From NCBI GenBank assembly GCA_964195485.1, contig CAXMPG010000082.1, forward strand, positions 282-64,281: 64,000 nt of DNA, given 5' to 3'. Of this stretch, positions 47,778-56,718 are shown piece after piece (the stretch's first letter is position 1; each line of letters opens with the position of its first letter). The DNA comes from an uncultured Desulfobacterales bacterium (GTDB taxonomy: Bacteria > Bacteroidota > Bacteroidia > Flavobacteriales_G > Salibacteraceae). The notes beneath the pieces were generated by a model. It worked only from the letters and a program-made list of their open reading frames with translations. It ran no database searches and was not told the DNA's origin. Position numbers and translations under genes: made by a program.

Positions 47778-49511
47778 ATGAAAAGACTATTACTTTTAGG
47801 AGGAATTACGATGGGCTTAGTAGGAGCTTCCATTCAAACTAACGCACAAATGCGTTATATGGATGAGATTTTTACTGACGCTGAAATTGTAGTGGCAACG
47901 GATGTTACCTATGGTACCAACGTTGACTATATGAAAAACACCCAACTATTAAGCCCGGCATACTTAGGCGCTAATCAAGCTGGGATTATTGCGGAAATGA
48001 CCACTTTAAAAACGGCTTACCAAACAGGTGGTACTATTCCAACATCTCATTACATGCCATTTTCGTTAGATTCTAGCACAATGGTAAAAGTAAGTGACCT
48101 GAAAATGGATGTTTACTATCCAGATATGTCGGTAGATACAATGTCGGCTAGACCGGTAATTATCTATGCACATACAGGAAACTTTCTTCCTACTGGTGTG
48201 AATGGCGGACCTGCTGGGTCTAAAGCTGATTCAGTAGCGGTAGAGTTATGTAAGCAATGGGCAAAAAGAGGGTACGTAGCAATTGCTGCAAATTACCGTC
48301 ACGGATGGAATCCAGTTGCTACAGGTGCAACAGGTGAAATTATTCGTAGAGCTACTTTATTGAACGCGGTTTATCGTGCTATTCATGATATGAAGCAAGT
48401 GGTAAGAGTAACACGTGCAGACGCAAATAGTGCAAACCCATATAATGTTGATCCAAACAGTATTGCATTATACGGTCAAGGTTCTGGTGGTTATGTTGCT
48501 GTAGCATATAACACATTAGACAAAACTGCTGAAATGGCTTTACCTAAATTTTCGAATCCTGCTACCGGTGCTTCTTTCATTAATGAAGCTATTGTTGGTA
48601 ACATTGCAGGTGATGATGGTTTATTAAACATGTATTTTAATAACGGTGAAACTACAGAGATTCAAGCGTGTATTAATGCAGGTGGTGCTTTAGCTGATAT
48701 TAGCTGGTTAGAAGGTAATATTGAAGCTCCAATGATTTCAATTCATGCACTTAGAGATGCATTTGCTCCTTTTGATACCGGAACTGTAATTGTACCAACT
48801 ACAGGTGAAAACGTTGTAGATGTAAATGGTCCAAACATGTTTATCACGAAAGCGGTAGCTTTAGGATTAAACGATTCTTTTAAGAATACAACACTTTCAG
48901 ATCCGTATACTACTGCTGCACGTTCAAGATATGGTCAGTCATTTACGAATATTCCAACCATTAATATCAATGACCCAGTTGTTGTTGATGCTACTGCAGA
49001 AGGTTTATTTGCAATTGATTTTGATTATGGAAATGGTGCTCCTTGGGAATGGTGGTCTTTAACTGATCTTCAAAATTTACAAGGGTATTATGCCACTTTA
49101 GGAATTACTATTGATGCTGCAACAATTCATTCTAATGCATTGTTGACTAATTCAACTATGTCGAAAGCGCAAGCGTTAACTTTTGTTGATACTATTCAAG
49201 GGTATATTCACCCACGTATTATGAAAGCTATGCAAATTGGTGATTACAATGCGGTAAGTGTTAACGATATCGAAGTAAACAATGTATTTAGCATTTCTCC
49301 AAATCCAGCTAACACAGTAGTAACTGTAGCTAGTAAATTAGGAAATGTTCAAGGCATTACTATTTATGACATGACTGGTAAAGTAGTTTACACAGAGGTT
49401 TCAAACGTAACTACAGTTTCTGTTAATGTGAGTAATCTTCCTAAAGGGATTTACGTGATAAACGTAAGAACTGAAAAAGGTGAAAATGTGGAAAAACTGA
49501 TCATAGAATAA
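47778..49511 (+). CDS. T9SS-secreted alpha/beta-hydrolase-fold protein with atypical active-site motifs
   Basis: LKMDVYYP, RPVIIYAHTG, AKRGYVAIAANYR, VDPNSIALYGQGSGG and ISPNP...KLII CTD. Confidence 0.8.
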   Translation: MKRLLLLGGITMGLVGASIQTNAQMRYMDEIFTDAEIVVATDVTYGTNVDYMKNTQLLSPAYLGANQAGIIAEMTTLKTAYQTGGTIPTSHYMPFSLDSSTMVKVSDLKMDVYYPDMSVDTMSARPVIIYAHTGNFLPTGVNGGPAGSKADSVAVELCKQWAKRGYVAIAANYRHGWNPVATGATGEIIRRATLLNAVYRAIHDMKQVVRVTRADANSANPYNVDPNSIALYGQGSGGYVAVAYNTLDKTAEMALPKFSNPATGASFINEAIVGNIAGDDGLLNMYFNNGETTEIQACINAGGALADISWLEGNIEAPMISIHALRDAFAPFDTGTVIVPTTGENVVDVNGPNMFITKAVALGLNDSFKNTTLSDPYTTAARSRYGQSFTNIPTININDPVVVDATAEGLFAIDFDYGNGAPWEWWSLTDLQNLQGYYATLGITIDAATIHSNALLTNSTMSKAQALTFVDTIQGYIHPRIMKAMQIGDYNAVSVNDIEVNNVFSISPNPANTVVTVASKLGNVQGITIYDMTGKVVYTEVSNVTTVSVNVSNLPKGIYVINVRTEKGENVEKLIIE

Positions 49512-49531
49512 GTACTTTCTATAAAAATTTT

Positions 49532-49569
49532 AAACGGCTACCTCCTTTTGGAGGTAGCCGTTTTTTTTT
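49532..49569 (+). terminator. Intrinsic terminator
   Basis: AAACGGCTACCTCC-TTTT-GGAGGTAGCCGTTT followed by a T run. Confidence 0.85.
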
Positions 49570-49576
49570 GGAAATT

Positions 49577-49801
49577 TTATACGCCAGCTAAACTATTCGT
49601 TCTAGCAATAGCGTATCCGGAAACTAAAAAGGGAACGGTATAGGTAAGTAAAACTCTACTCCAATTGATTAAATCAAATTCAAATGCAAAAAGTAAATCT
49701 CCTTGGTTAATAAGGTTCAAAATCGACCCAACAAGAAGACTTATTTTTACGGCTCTAATAAGTACCGTTCGTGTACAGAATTGTTGAAACGTGATTTTCA
49801 T
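49577..49801 (-). CDS. nrtS: NrtS-family small membrane protein
   Basis: A.K.SL.VG.IL.LINQGD...LTY.VPF.VS.Y pattern. Confidence 0.7.
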   Translation of the reverse strand: MKITFQQFCTRTVLIRAVKISLLVGSILNLINQGDLLFAFEFDLINWSRVLLTYTVPFLVSGYAIARTNSLAGV

Positions 49802-49923
49802 ATTTCAAAAGCAAATTTAACTGGAAGTTGCTATTTCGAAATATTCAATAATGCTTTCAAATGTAATTGATACGACAAAACCTGAAAAATAGATGGTTGT
49901 ATCTTTGATTAAAAATAGAAAAT

Positions 49924-50286
49924 ATGGGAGATGCAGAAAAAAGACATTACGCTGTTTATGATGCGTATCAAAGAAAATTAACGCTAACTATAGAAGATAA
50001 AGTTATTGCTCAAACCATTAATGCCATCATTGTAAAGGAAGTTGGAACCGGTGTTTATGATCCCGTTTTTTATATTCCGAAAGAGGATGTGATTATCAAT
50101 CTAACTCCAGAAGATAGAACAAGTACTTGCCCAATTAAAGGCGAAGCTTCTTACTGGATGCCTGCAACACCAACAGATAATTATTTTGCTTGGAGTTATG
50201 AAACCCCAAACCCAAGAGCCAAAAAAATCAAAGGATATATTGCTTTTAATATGGCGTATATTACACTGATATCAGAACCCGTTTAA
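49924..50286 (+). CDS. DUF427 family protein
   Basis: PVFYIPKEDV, STCPIKGEASYW and AWSYETP..IKGYIAF. TATCTTTG promoter element at 49900-49907. Confidence 0.85.
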   Translation: MGDAEKRHYAVYDAYQRKLTLTIEDKVIAQTINAIIVKEVGTGVYDPVFYIPKEDVIINLTPEDRTSTCPIKGEASYWMPATPTDNYFAWSYETPNPRAKKIKGYIAFNMAYITLISEPV

Positions 50287-50345
50287 AGCGTGTTAGTGAA
50301 TAGACGTCTCGGGTATTATCCTTATTTTTAACAAAATTCCAGTAG

Positions 50346-51362
50346 ATGAAAAGTATCATACGTATTCAAAAGTTAGGTTTCCCATGGCAAACACAAGATC
50401 CATTTTTGTTTTGTGCCCATCATAGAGATTTGTACCCTGCTGGAAATGGAGACTTAGGCCCGGAAGCTAAATCACTTCAAGGAAGAAGAATTGGAGAGGA
50501 CTTTACGTTAAAAGAGGGTTGGAGAATGTATCACGGACAAACAATCCCTGGATTCCCTTATCATCCGCACAGAGGGTTTGAAACGATAACCATAGCCACA
50601 GAAGGTACTATTGACCATTTTGACTCCTTAGGGGCAAGCGGAAGGTTTAGTAACGGAGATGTGCAATGGATGACTGCGGGTAAAGGAGTACAACACTCAG
50701 AAATGTTTCCTTTGATTCATCCGGATAAAGAAAACCCGTTAGAAATTTTTCAAGTGTGGTTAAACTTGCCTAAGAAGGATAAAATGGTGGAGCCACATTA
50801 CGCGATGTTGTGGGCAGAAGATGTTCAGGTGGCTACGGTTAAGGATGTAAATGGTCTATCCACAACAATTACCGTAATTGCAGGAGATTACTTAGATACA
50901 AAAGCACCAAGACCTACGCCAAATTCATGGGCGAATAACCCAAGTAATGGCGTGCGCGTTTGGACCATCAAAATGGAACCAGAAGGAGAGTGGGCTCTTC
51001 CCAAAGCCCAAAAAAATGTAAATAGGACTTTGTTTTTTTACTCGGGTGATGAGGTCGTAATTGATGGCGAGAAAATAGGCGTTGACCACGCGATTTCGTT
51101 GGCGCCAGAAGAGGATATTACACTAAAATCCGGACAAAAAGAGGCTTGTTTTTTATTGCTTCAAGGAAAGCCAATTAATGAGCCTGTTGCGCAACACGGT
51201 CCATTTGTAATGAATACCTCACAAGAAATTCAACAAGCTTTTGCAGATTATCAGCAAACCCAATTTGGTGGTTGGCCTTGGGATAGACCTGATCCTACCC
51301 ATGGCTCAGAAAACAAGAGGTTTGCCATTTATGCGGATGGCACGGAAGAGAGAAAAATTTGA
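50346..51362 (+). CDS. Pirin family protein
   Basis: DPFL, HPHRGFETIT, QWMTAGKGVQHSE and GPFVMNT. Confidence 0.92.
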   Translation: MKSIIRIQKLGFPWQTQDPFLFCAHHRDLYPAGNGDLGPEAKSLQGRRIGEDFTLKEGWRMYHGQTIPGFPYHPHRGFETITIATEGTIDHFDSLGASGRFSNGDVQWMTAGKGVQHSEMFPLIHPDKENPLEIFQVWLNLPKKDKMVEPHYAMLWAEDVQVATVKDVNGLSTTITVIAGDYLDTKAPRPTPNSWANNPSNGVRVWTIKMEPEGEWALPKAQKNVNRTLFFYSGDEVVIDGEKIGVDHAISLAPEEDITLKSGQKEACFLLLQGKPINEPVAQHGPFVMNTSQEIQQAFADYQQTQFGGWPWDRPDPTHGSENKRFAIYADGTEERKI

Positions 51363-51405
51363 TGCTTTTAGATCTTAGGTTCTAGGCAAATAAGTATCTT
51401 GTGAC

Positions 51406-53853
51406 TTGATTATGAAAATCCGTAATTTCTTTTATATGGCAAGAAATCTATTGTTTACCGCTTTTTTTACGGCATTACTATTATTACTGTCCCCCACGTT
51501 TGGTTTTTCGCAAGATCTAACGAATCCAAAACAAGATAGTGCCAAATCAAATAAGATAATTTCTATTGACCAAATTTCTAGCGAAACAGAAACGCTACGA
51601 GGTAGAATTTCAAGCTTAGAAAAAGTTCTTCAGCCAAGTATGCAAACGCATGAGGTAGATTCACTAGTAGATTCAGCTTATATTGAAATTATGGTGAACA
51701 GGGATTCTCTGTATTCACAAATTTCAGATTTAACAAGACGAGACTTAAACGTTAGAAAAGTAGCTTGGAAAAATTATAGGTCTAAATTAAAATCGTTGCA
51801 AACGGTTCTAAACGATAGAACAAATGATATTTCTGAAGTAAATGATGAGTTAGTTGATGAATTAGAAAAATGGGCAATTACCAAAGGTGATTTAGCTGAA
51901 AATAATGAATCGGAAGATGTTTTCGCTAGTTTAGATACCATGATTCTTACGCTAAACTCCTTAATTAATGTTGCTCATGTTCGATTGGATAGCGTTTTTT
52001 CCGTCCAAAAAAAATTGACGGAATTAATACTAGTAGTAGATGAGGCCAATTCAGAAATCAACCGAGTAGAACGCCAAATTCAAAGAAATTATTTCGTCTT
52101 AGATAGTGATCCTATTTGGGTTGCTTCTGCGGTAGATACCATTCCGCTAGACTCTGCTCAAATGGACTCTGTGAACAAAGAAAGCATCTTTATTATTGGG
52201 GTAAAAAAAGACGTTGATGCATTGAAAAAATTTATAACGCTTAATTGGGAAACGTCTATTTTTCAAATGTTGTTTTTGCTGTTATTACTTGTAGTGATAG
52301 TAATTTTAAACAGGCAATGGCGCGTAATAGAAAGTGCTGGAATAGAGACGTTAGACCAGCAAACAAAAATAATTTTTGATAACCCAATAGCCAGTACATT
52401 AGCGGTAGGCGTATTAATCTCCGCCTATTTTTATGAAGCAGTGATTCCCGTATTTGGAGAGGCTCAAATACTCATGGTGTTATTTGCCACCATCTTTTTG
52501 TATCCGAAAGTAACCAGTAAAAAAATACGTGTGTTTTTATGGTTGCTATTGGTCGCTTACTTCATTGAAATTACAGACGTATACTTCATTCCGAAATCAC
52601 CTACCGTTAGGTGGCTACTTATTTTAGAAAGCGCTATTTTGATGGTTGCTATATTTTTAGGTAGAAGAACAGTGTTACAGAACGCACATAAATTTAAAAA
52701 AATTGGTTTAATATTTCGTTATGTGTTACCCATTTATGAGTTGTTTCTTGGCGTTGCAGTTTTAATTAACGTACTAGGAATGGTTAACTTAGCAAGTATG
52801 ATGGTGTATGGAGTATTGTTCTCTATTGTCCTTGGTATGGTAGTGTCTCTAGCTATAAAAGTGACTACCAGTTTTTTGGTGTTAATTTTTAAAATTCGGA
52901 AATCCAGAAATAACCACGTATTGTCTGTTATGGTAGAAGCCACTAATAAAAGGTTTCAGCCCGCATTAGTATGGATTGGTATAATTGTATGGATATTCTT
53001 TACCCTGAAAGGATTTGATATCTATAGTAATATTACGGAATGGGTATATGAAAGCTTAGAAATTGGATGGCGAGTTGGGGAAATGAGAATTTCTTTAGGA
53101 AGTATTCTAGCCTTTATTTTCTTGTTTGTAACCACGCTGTTAATTGCGAAACTTTTAGCGGCCATTTTTCAAGATGATTGGATGATTCAAACTCTTCCAA
53201 GAGGTGTGGCACCCGCAATATCTTTGTTACTTAGAATTTTTGTTATTGCCGTAGGTCTCTATCTTGCTTTTTCATCGGCTGGGTTTGATTTGAGTGAGTT
53301 AGGTTTCATATTTGGCGCTTTGGGTGTGGGTATTGGATTCGGATTACAAAACGTAGTATTGAATTTCATTGCAGGGTTAATTCTTGCTTTTGAAAGACCT
53401 ATCAACCTTGGAGATACTATTGAAGTAGATCAAGAAATGGGAATTGTAACCAGTATTGGTGTTCGTTCTAGTAATATCCGTACCTATTCAGGCTCAGAAG
53501 CTATTATTCCAAATGGAGATTTAATTTCCAAAAAAGTGGTAAACTGGACCTTGGCAAACCGTGATCGCAGAAGTAAAATATTAATGCGTACCGCTCCAAA
53601 TGCCGACCCTGAAAAGATAATTGAATTGTTTAATAGAATTGCTATCGATCAAGAAGTTGTTTACAAAGACCCAGCACCCAAGACTTATTTTTATGGGTAT
53701 GATGATTTAGGTAACCTCAGTTTTGCATTAATGTACTGGACGTCTTTTTCTGATACACTAAAAACGGATAGTGCCATAGCATTACATATATTTAAAACGC
53801 TTAAAGAAATAGGCGTAGAACCACCTATGCCTAATCAACGAAACTTTGATTGA
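51406..53853 (+). CDS. Large MscS/MscK-like mechanosensitive channel
   Basis: Periplasmic helical domain, many TMs, GALGVGIGFGLQNVVLNFIAG and IIPNGDL. Confidence 0.88.
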   Translation: MIMKIRNFFYMARNLLFTAFFTALLLLLSPTFGFSQDLTNPKQDSAKSNKIISIDQISSETETLRGRISSLEKVLQPSMQTHEVDSLVDSAYIEIMVNRDSLYSQISDLTRRDLNVRKVAWKNYRSKLKSLQTVLNDRTNDISEVNDELVDELEKWAITKGDLAENNESEDVFASLDTMILTLNSLINVAHVRLDSVFSVQKKLTELILVVDEANSEINRVERQIQRNYFVLDSDPIWVASAVDTIPLDSAQMDSVNKESIFIIGVKKDVDALKKFITLNWETSIFQMLFLLLLLVVIVILNRQWRVIESAGIETLDQQTKIIFDNPIASTLAVGVLISAYFYEAVIPVFGEAQILMVLFATIFLYPKVTSKKIRVFLWLLLVAYFIEITDVYFIPKSPTVRWLLILESAILMVAIFLGRRTVLQNAHKFKKIGLIFRYVLPIYELFLGVAVLINVLGMVNLASMMVYGVLFSIVLGMVVSLAIKVTTSFLVLIFKIRKSRNNHVLSVMVEATNKRFQPALVWIGIIVWIFFTLKGFDIYSNITEWVYESLEIGWRVGEMRISLGSILAFIFLFVTTLLIAKLLAAIFQDDWMIQTLPRGVAPAISLLLRIFVIAVGLYLAFSSAGFDLSELGFIFGALGVGIGFGLQNVVLNFIAGLILAFERPINLGDTIEVDQEMGIVTSIGVRSSNIRTYSGSEAIIPNGDLISKKVVNWTLANRDRRSKILMRTAPNADPEKIIELFNRIAIDQEVVYKDPAPKTYFYGYDDLGNLSFALMYWTSFSDTLKTDSAIALHIFKTLKEIGVEPPMPNQRNFD

Positions 53854-54386
53854 TTATGGCTAAAATCATAATCAAATACATCAAAACACCAGTAGGAGAG
53901 CTCATCTTAGGTTCGTTTAATAACCAATTATGTGTGGCTGATTGGCGTTACCGTAAAATGCGCTCGGCTATTGATTCACGAATAAAGAACGGTCTAAACT
54001 CTGATTTTGAAATAGGAATATCTGAAGTAGTAGAAGAAACCGAACAGCAATTAATTCAATATTTTGATGGATTAAGAACCAGTTTTGAGATCCCCTTATT
54101 AATGGTAGGTACAGATTTTCAAAAACAGGTGTGGAATGCCTTGATGCAAATCCCGTACGGTAAAACAGAAACGTATTTAGGGTTATCAAAGTCTTTAGAA
54201 AATGAAAAAGCCATAAGAGCCGTAGCTTCTGCCAATGGGGCAAACGCTATTTCTATAATTGTTCCGTGCCATAGAATTATTGGCAGTAATGGAGATTTAG
54301 TAGGGTACGCAGGTGGATTGCCAGCGAAGAAAAAGTTGTTGGAATTGGAAAACCCTATTCGGTTAAGCCAAATGGAATTGTTTTAA
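53850..54386 (+). CDS. ogt: Methylated-DNA--protein-cysteine S-methyltransferase
   Basis: GTDFQKQVW, IPYG, RAVA, IVPCHRII and GYAGG. Confidence 0.92.
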   Translation: MIMAKIIIKYIKTPVGELILGSFNNQLCVADWRYRKMRSAIDSRIKNGLNSDFEIGISEVVEETEQQLIQYFDGLRTSFEIPLLMVGTDFQKQVWNALMQIPYGKTETYLGLSKSLENEKAIRAVASANGANAISIIVPCHRIIGSNGDLVGYAGGLPAKKKLLELENPIRLSQMELF

Positions 54387-54398
54387 TACTTTGGTCAA

Positions 54399-55049
54399 AT
54401 GAAAAAGAAGAAAGAGCCAACATTAGCAGAATTAGAACGTGGTGTTGGGTTATTGAGTAGTGTTAAGATCGTGGTTAATGTACTTTTTGCATTGCTTATT
54501 TTTCAAGCTTTCTTAATCCTTCCAAGACCCGGTGATCCACTATTGGAATACAATACCCTCGAAGAAATATTTAGTGAACACATCATGAGTTTGCTCGTTA
54601 TTGTAGTCGGTTTAATATTGATTATTATTTACTGGATTCAGTTTAACCTCCTATTCGGAAATATTAAAAGAAGTACACCCTTACATGCCATATTAGCATT
54701 GACACAAGTTATTTTCTTAATGATTTATTTGTACTTCTTGCGTTTTGATATGGAATATGATGGATTGACATTAGCCCTTCAAATGGAAAGTATCTTTTTG
54801 GCTTTAGCCGGTTTTATTGGCGCTTTCAATTGGCGTTATGCAAAATCTATTGGGTTAACTTCTGAGCAAATTACAGCGAAAGAAGAGTTGGATTTATTCT
54901 ACAAAGTATTACCTGAACCTATAGCATCCGTAATTACTTTTCCTTTTGCCGTAATGGGTCCTGGAATCTGGACATTCGCTTTTTTGTCCATTATTCCAGT
55001 AACGTATATTTTAAAATTCATCCGTAAAAAGAAGGAGAATGCTTCATGA
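54399..55049 (+). CDS. Membrane protein, possibly DUF1211/TMEM175-like
   Basis: About 6 TMs and YWIQFN..F in the second helix. The channel signature is degenerate. Confidence 0.5.
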   Translation: MKKKKEPTLAELERGVGLLSSVKIVVNVLFALLIFQAFLILPRPGDPLLEYNTLEEIFSEHIMSLLVIVVGLILIIIYWIQFNLLFGNIKRSTPLHAILALTQVIFLMIYLYFLRFDMEYDGLTLALQMESIFLALAGFIGAFNWRYAKSIGLTSEQITAKEELDLFYKVLPEPIASVITFPFAVMGPGIWTFAFLSIIPVTYILKFIRKKKENAS

Positions 55050-55555
55050 AGGAAGTTTCAAAAACACGAATGATTATAGGAACTAGCGTTATGGTAATTG
55101 GCTTTATTAGTCCGCTATTTATCCCTATTGTTACTAGCGCTGATTTATCAACCGCTTGGAAAACAGGCTTGTCAGGAGCACTTGCCATTGGAATTCCTGA
55201 GATTTTCATGGTAATAGCGATTGCTATCATGGGTAAATCAGGATATGAATTTATTAAATCTAAAGTTGGCAATTTTATCCATCCCATTTTACCTCCGGAT
55301 CAAGTTAGTTTAACCCGGTACAGAATAGGATTGATTTTATTTATTACACCACTAATTGTTGGCTGGGCGTTTCCCTATTTAAGTAGTCATTTTGCTAGCC
55401 TCAACAATTTTCCTATTTGGTATTATGTCATTGCTGATTTGGTGTTTATTAGCAGCTTCTTTGTTTTGGGTGGTGACTTTTGGGATAAATTAAAGCGTTT
55501 ATTTAAGCATGAAGATACCGTGAATAAACTGGTTTCGTCAACCACCAAGTCGTAA
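55046..55555 (+). CDS. Membrane protein (transporter-suffix-domain-like)
   Basis: IPEIFMVIAIAIMGKSGYEFIKSK and SFFVLGGDFWDKL. Confidence 0.6.
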   Translation: MKEVSKTRMIIGTSVMVIGFISPLFIPIVTSADLSTAWKTGLSGALAIGIPEIFMVIAIAIMGKSGYEFIKSKVGNFIHPILPPDQVSLTRYRIGLILFITPLIVGWAFPYLSSHFASLNNFPIWYYVIADLVFISSFFVLGGDFWDKLKRLFKHEDTVNKLVSSTTKS

Positions 55556-55626
55556 TTCATTTATTGACGATGGATAAAATTGATTATGTAAATTTGAAAG
55601 TAGTAAAAGTCAGTAAATGTAAAATT

Positions 55627-56667
55627 ATGAGAAATACGTACCTATCAATATTAACAACTGCATTGATAATTTTAATGGCTAGTTGTACAAGTAATTCGGA
55701 GAATACAGAAACACAAAGTGAAGAAGTTGTGGCAGTCGAAAAAACTTCCCCTCCTATTGTAACCAAAGAAACTTTCCCTCAGGCATTTACAAATATGCGT
55801 CTTGGTGCAATCTTTAAAAAAGCAGGAGCGGTTAACACCTTCTTTGAGATGCCCGTACCAAGTAGTGTTCCGGAGGAACAATTTGTGGTTAGAATGAATA
55901 GGGATACCTATTACTCTGTATCTGTGATAGATATGTCAAGTGATGAGGTCTTCGTTACTATTCCTGAAACCAAACAATATGTTTCTCTTCAAGTAGTGGA
56001 TGAGAATCACGAAACTCAACCCATGATTTATGGCTCGGGCAGACATAAAATTACCGCTAAAACCACGCATGCATTTGTGATTGTTCGTGCGCTCGAGGAT
56101 AATGCGCGTAAAAACCTAATTATTGAAGCTGGAAGCGCGAAACCTTTCGTGGTGAAAGAATGGGATATGGAATCTTTTCTTGCTGTTGATAAAGCAGGTA
56201 ACCTAGATTTTAGTGATGGCTATGACCAAGCAAAGGCATTTAGTAATTCTGAAAGCGGACAAACGGCCTACATGAACTATGTAGGATGTGCCGGTGGCTG
56301 GGGAGGCGCTATGGTGGAAGATAATATCTATCAAACCAGTGACTATTTTGAAGCTGGTGGTTGTTATGAAATGACATTTACTGATCCACAAGATCTTTGG
56401 TTTTGGTCGGCAACAGTTTACAATGCAAACGGTCGTATTTTTAACGATGTTGCGAATATTTCTAGCGAAATGAACCCAGTGAAGAATGATGATGGTACTT
56501 ATACAGTGCGTTTTGGTTGTGAAGGAATGCCTAACAATATTCCTATTTTAGAGGGGAATACTACCGGGAAATTCAATGTGTTAATGCGTCATTATGGACC
56601 TAGTGAAATGGTGAGCAATAATGAAGAAGGATATAATGCGACTTTATTTATTAAAAAGGTAGAGTAG
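55627..56667 (+). CDS. DUF1254/DUF1214 lipoprotein
   Basis: Lipobox LMAS-C, VVRMNRDTYYS, FWSATVY and NDDGTYTVRFG. TAAATTTG promoter element at 55589-55596. Confidence 0.82.
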   Translation: MRNTYLSILTTALIILMASCTSNSENTETQSEEVVAVEKTSPPIVTKETFPQAFTNMRLGAIFKKAGAVNTFFEMPVPSSVPEEQFVVRMNRDTYYSVSVIDMSSDEVFVTIPETKQYVSLQVVDENHETQPMIYGSGRHKITAKTTHAFVIVRALEDNARKNLIIEAGSAKPFVVKEWDMESFLAVDKAGNLDFSDGYDQAKAFSNSESGQTAYMNYVGCAGGWGGAMVEDNIYQTSDYFEAGGCYEMTFTDPQDLWFWSATVYNANGRIFNDVANISSEMNPVKNDDGTYTVRFGCEGMPNNIPILEGNTTGKFNVLMRHYGPSEMVSNNEEGYNATLFIKKVE

Positions 56668-56718
56668 TAGTCTTCATTTAGATAGATCATTCTTTCTTTC
56701 AATTTTGGAACAATACGT

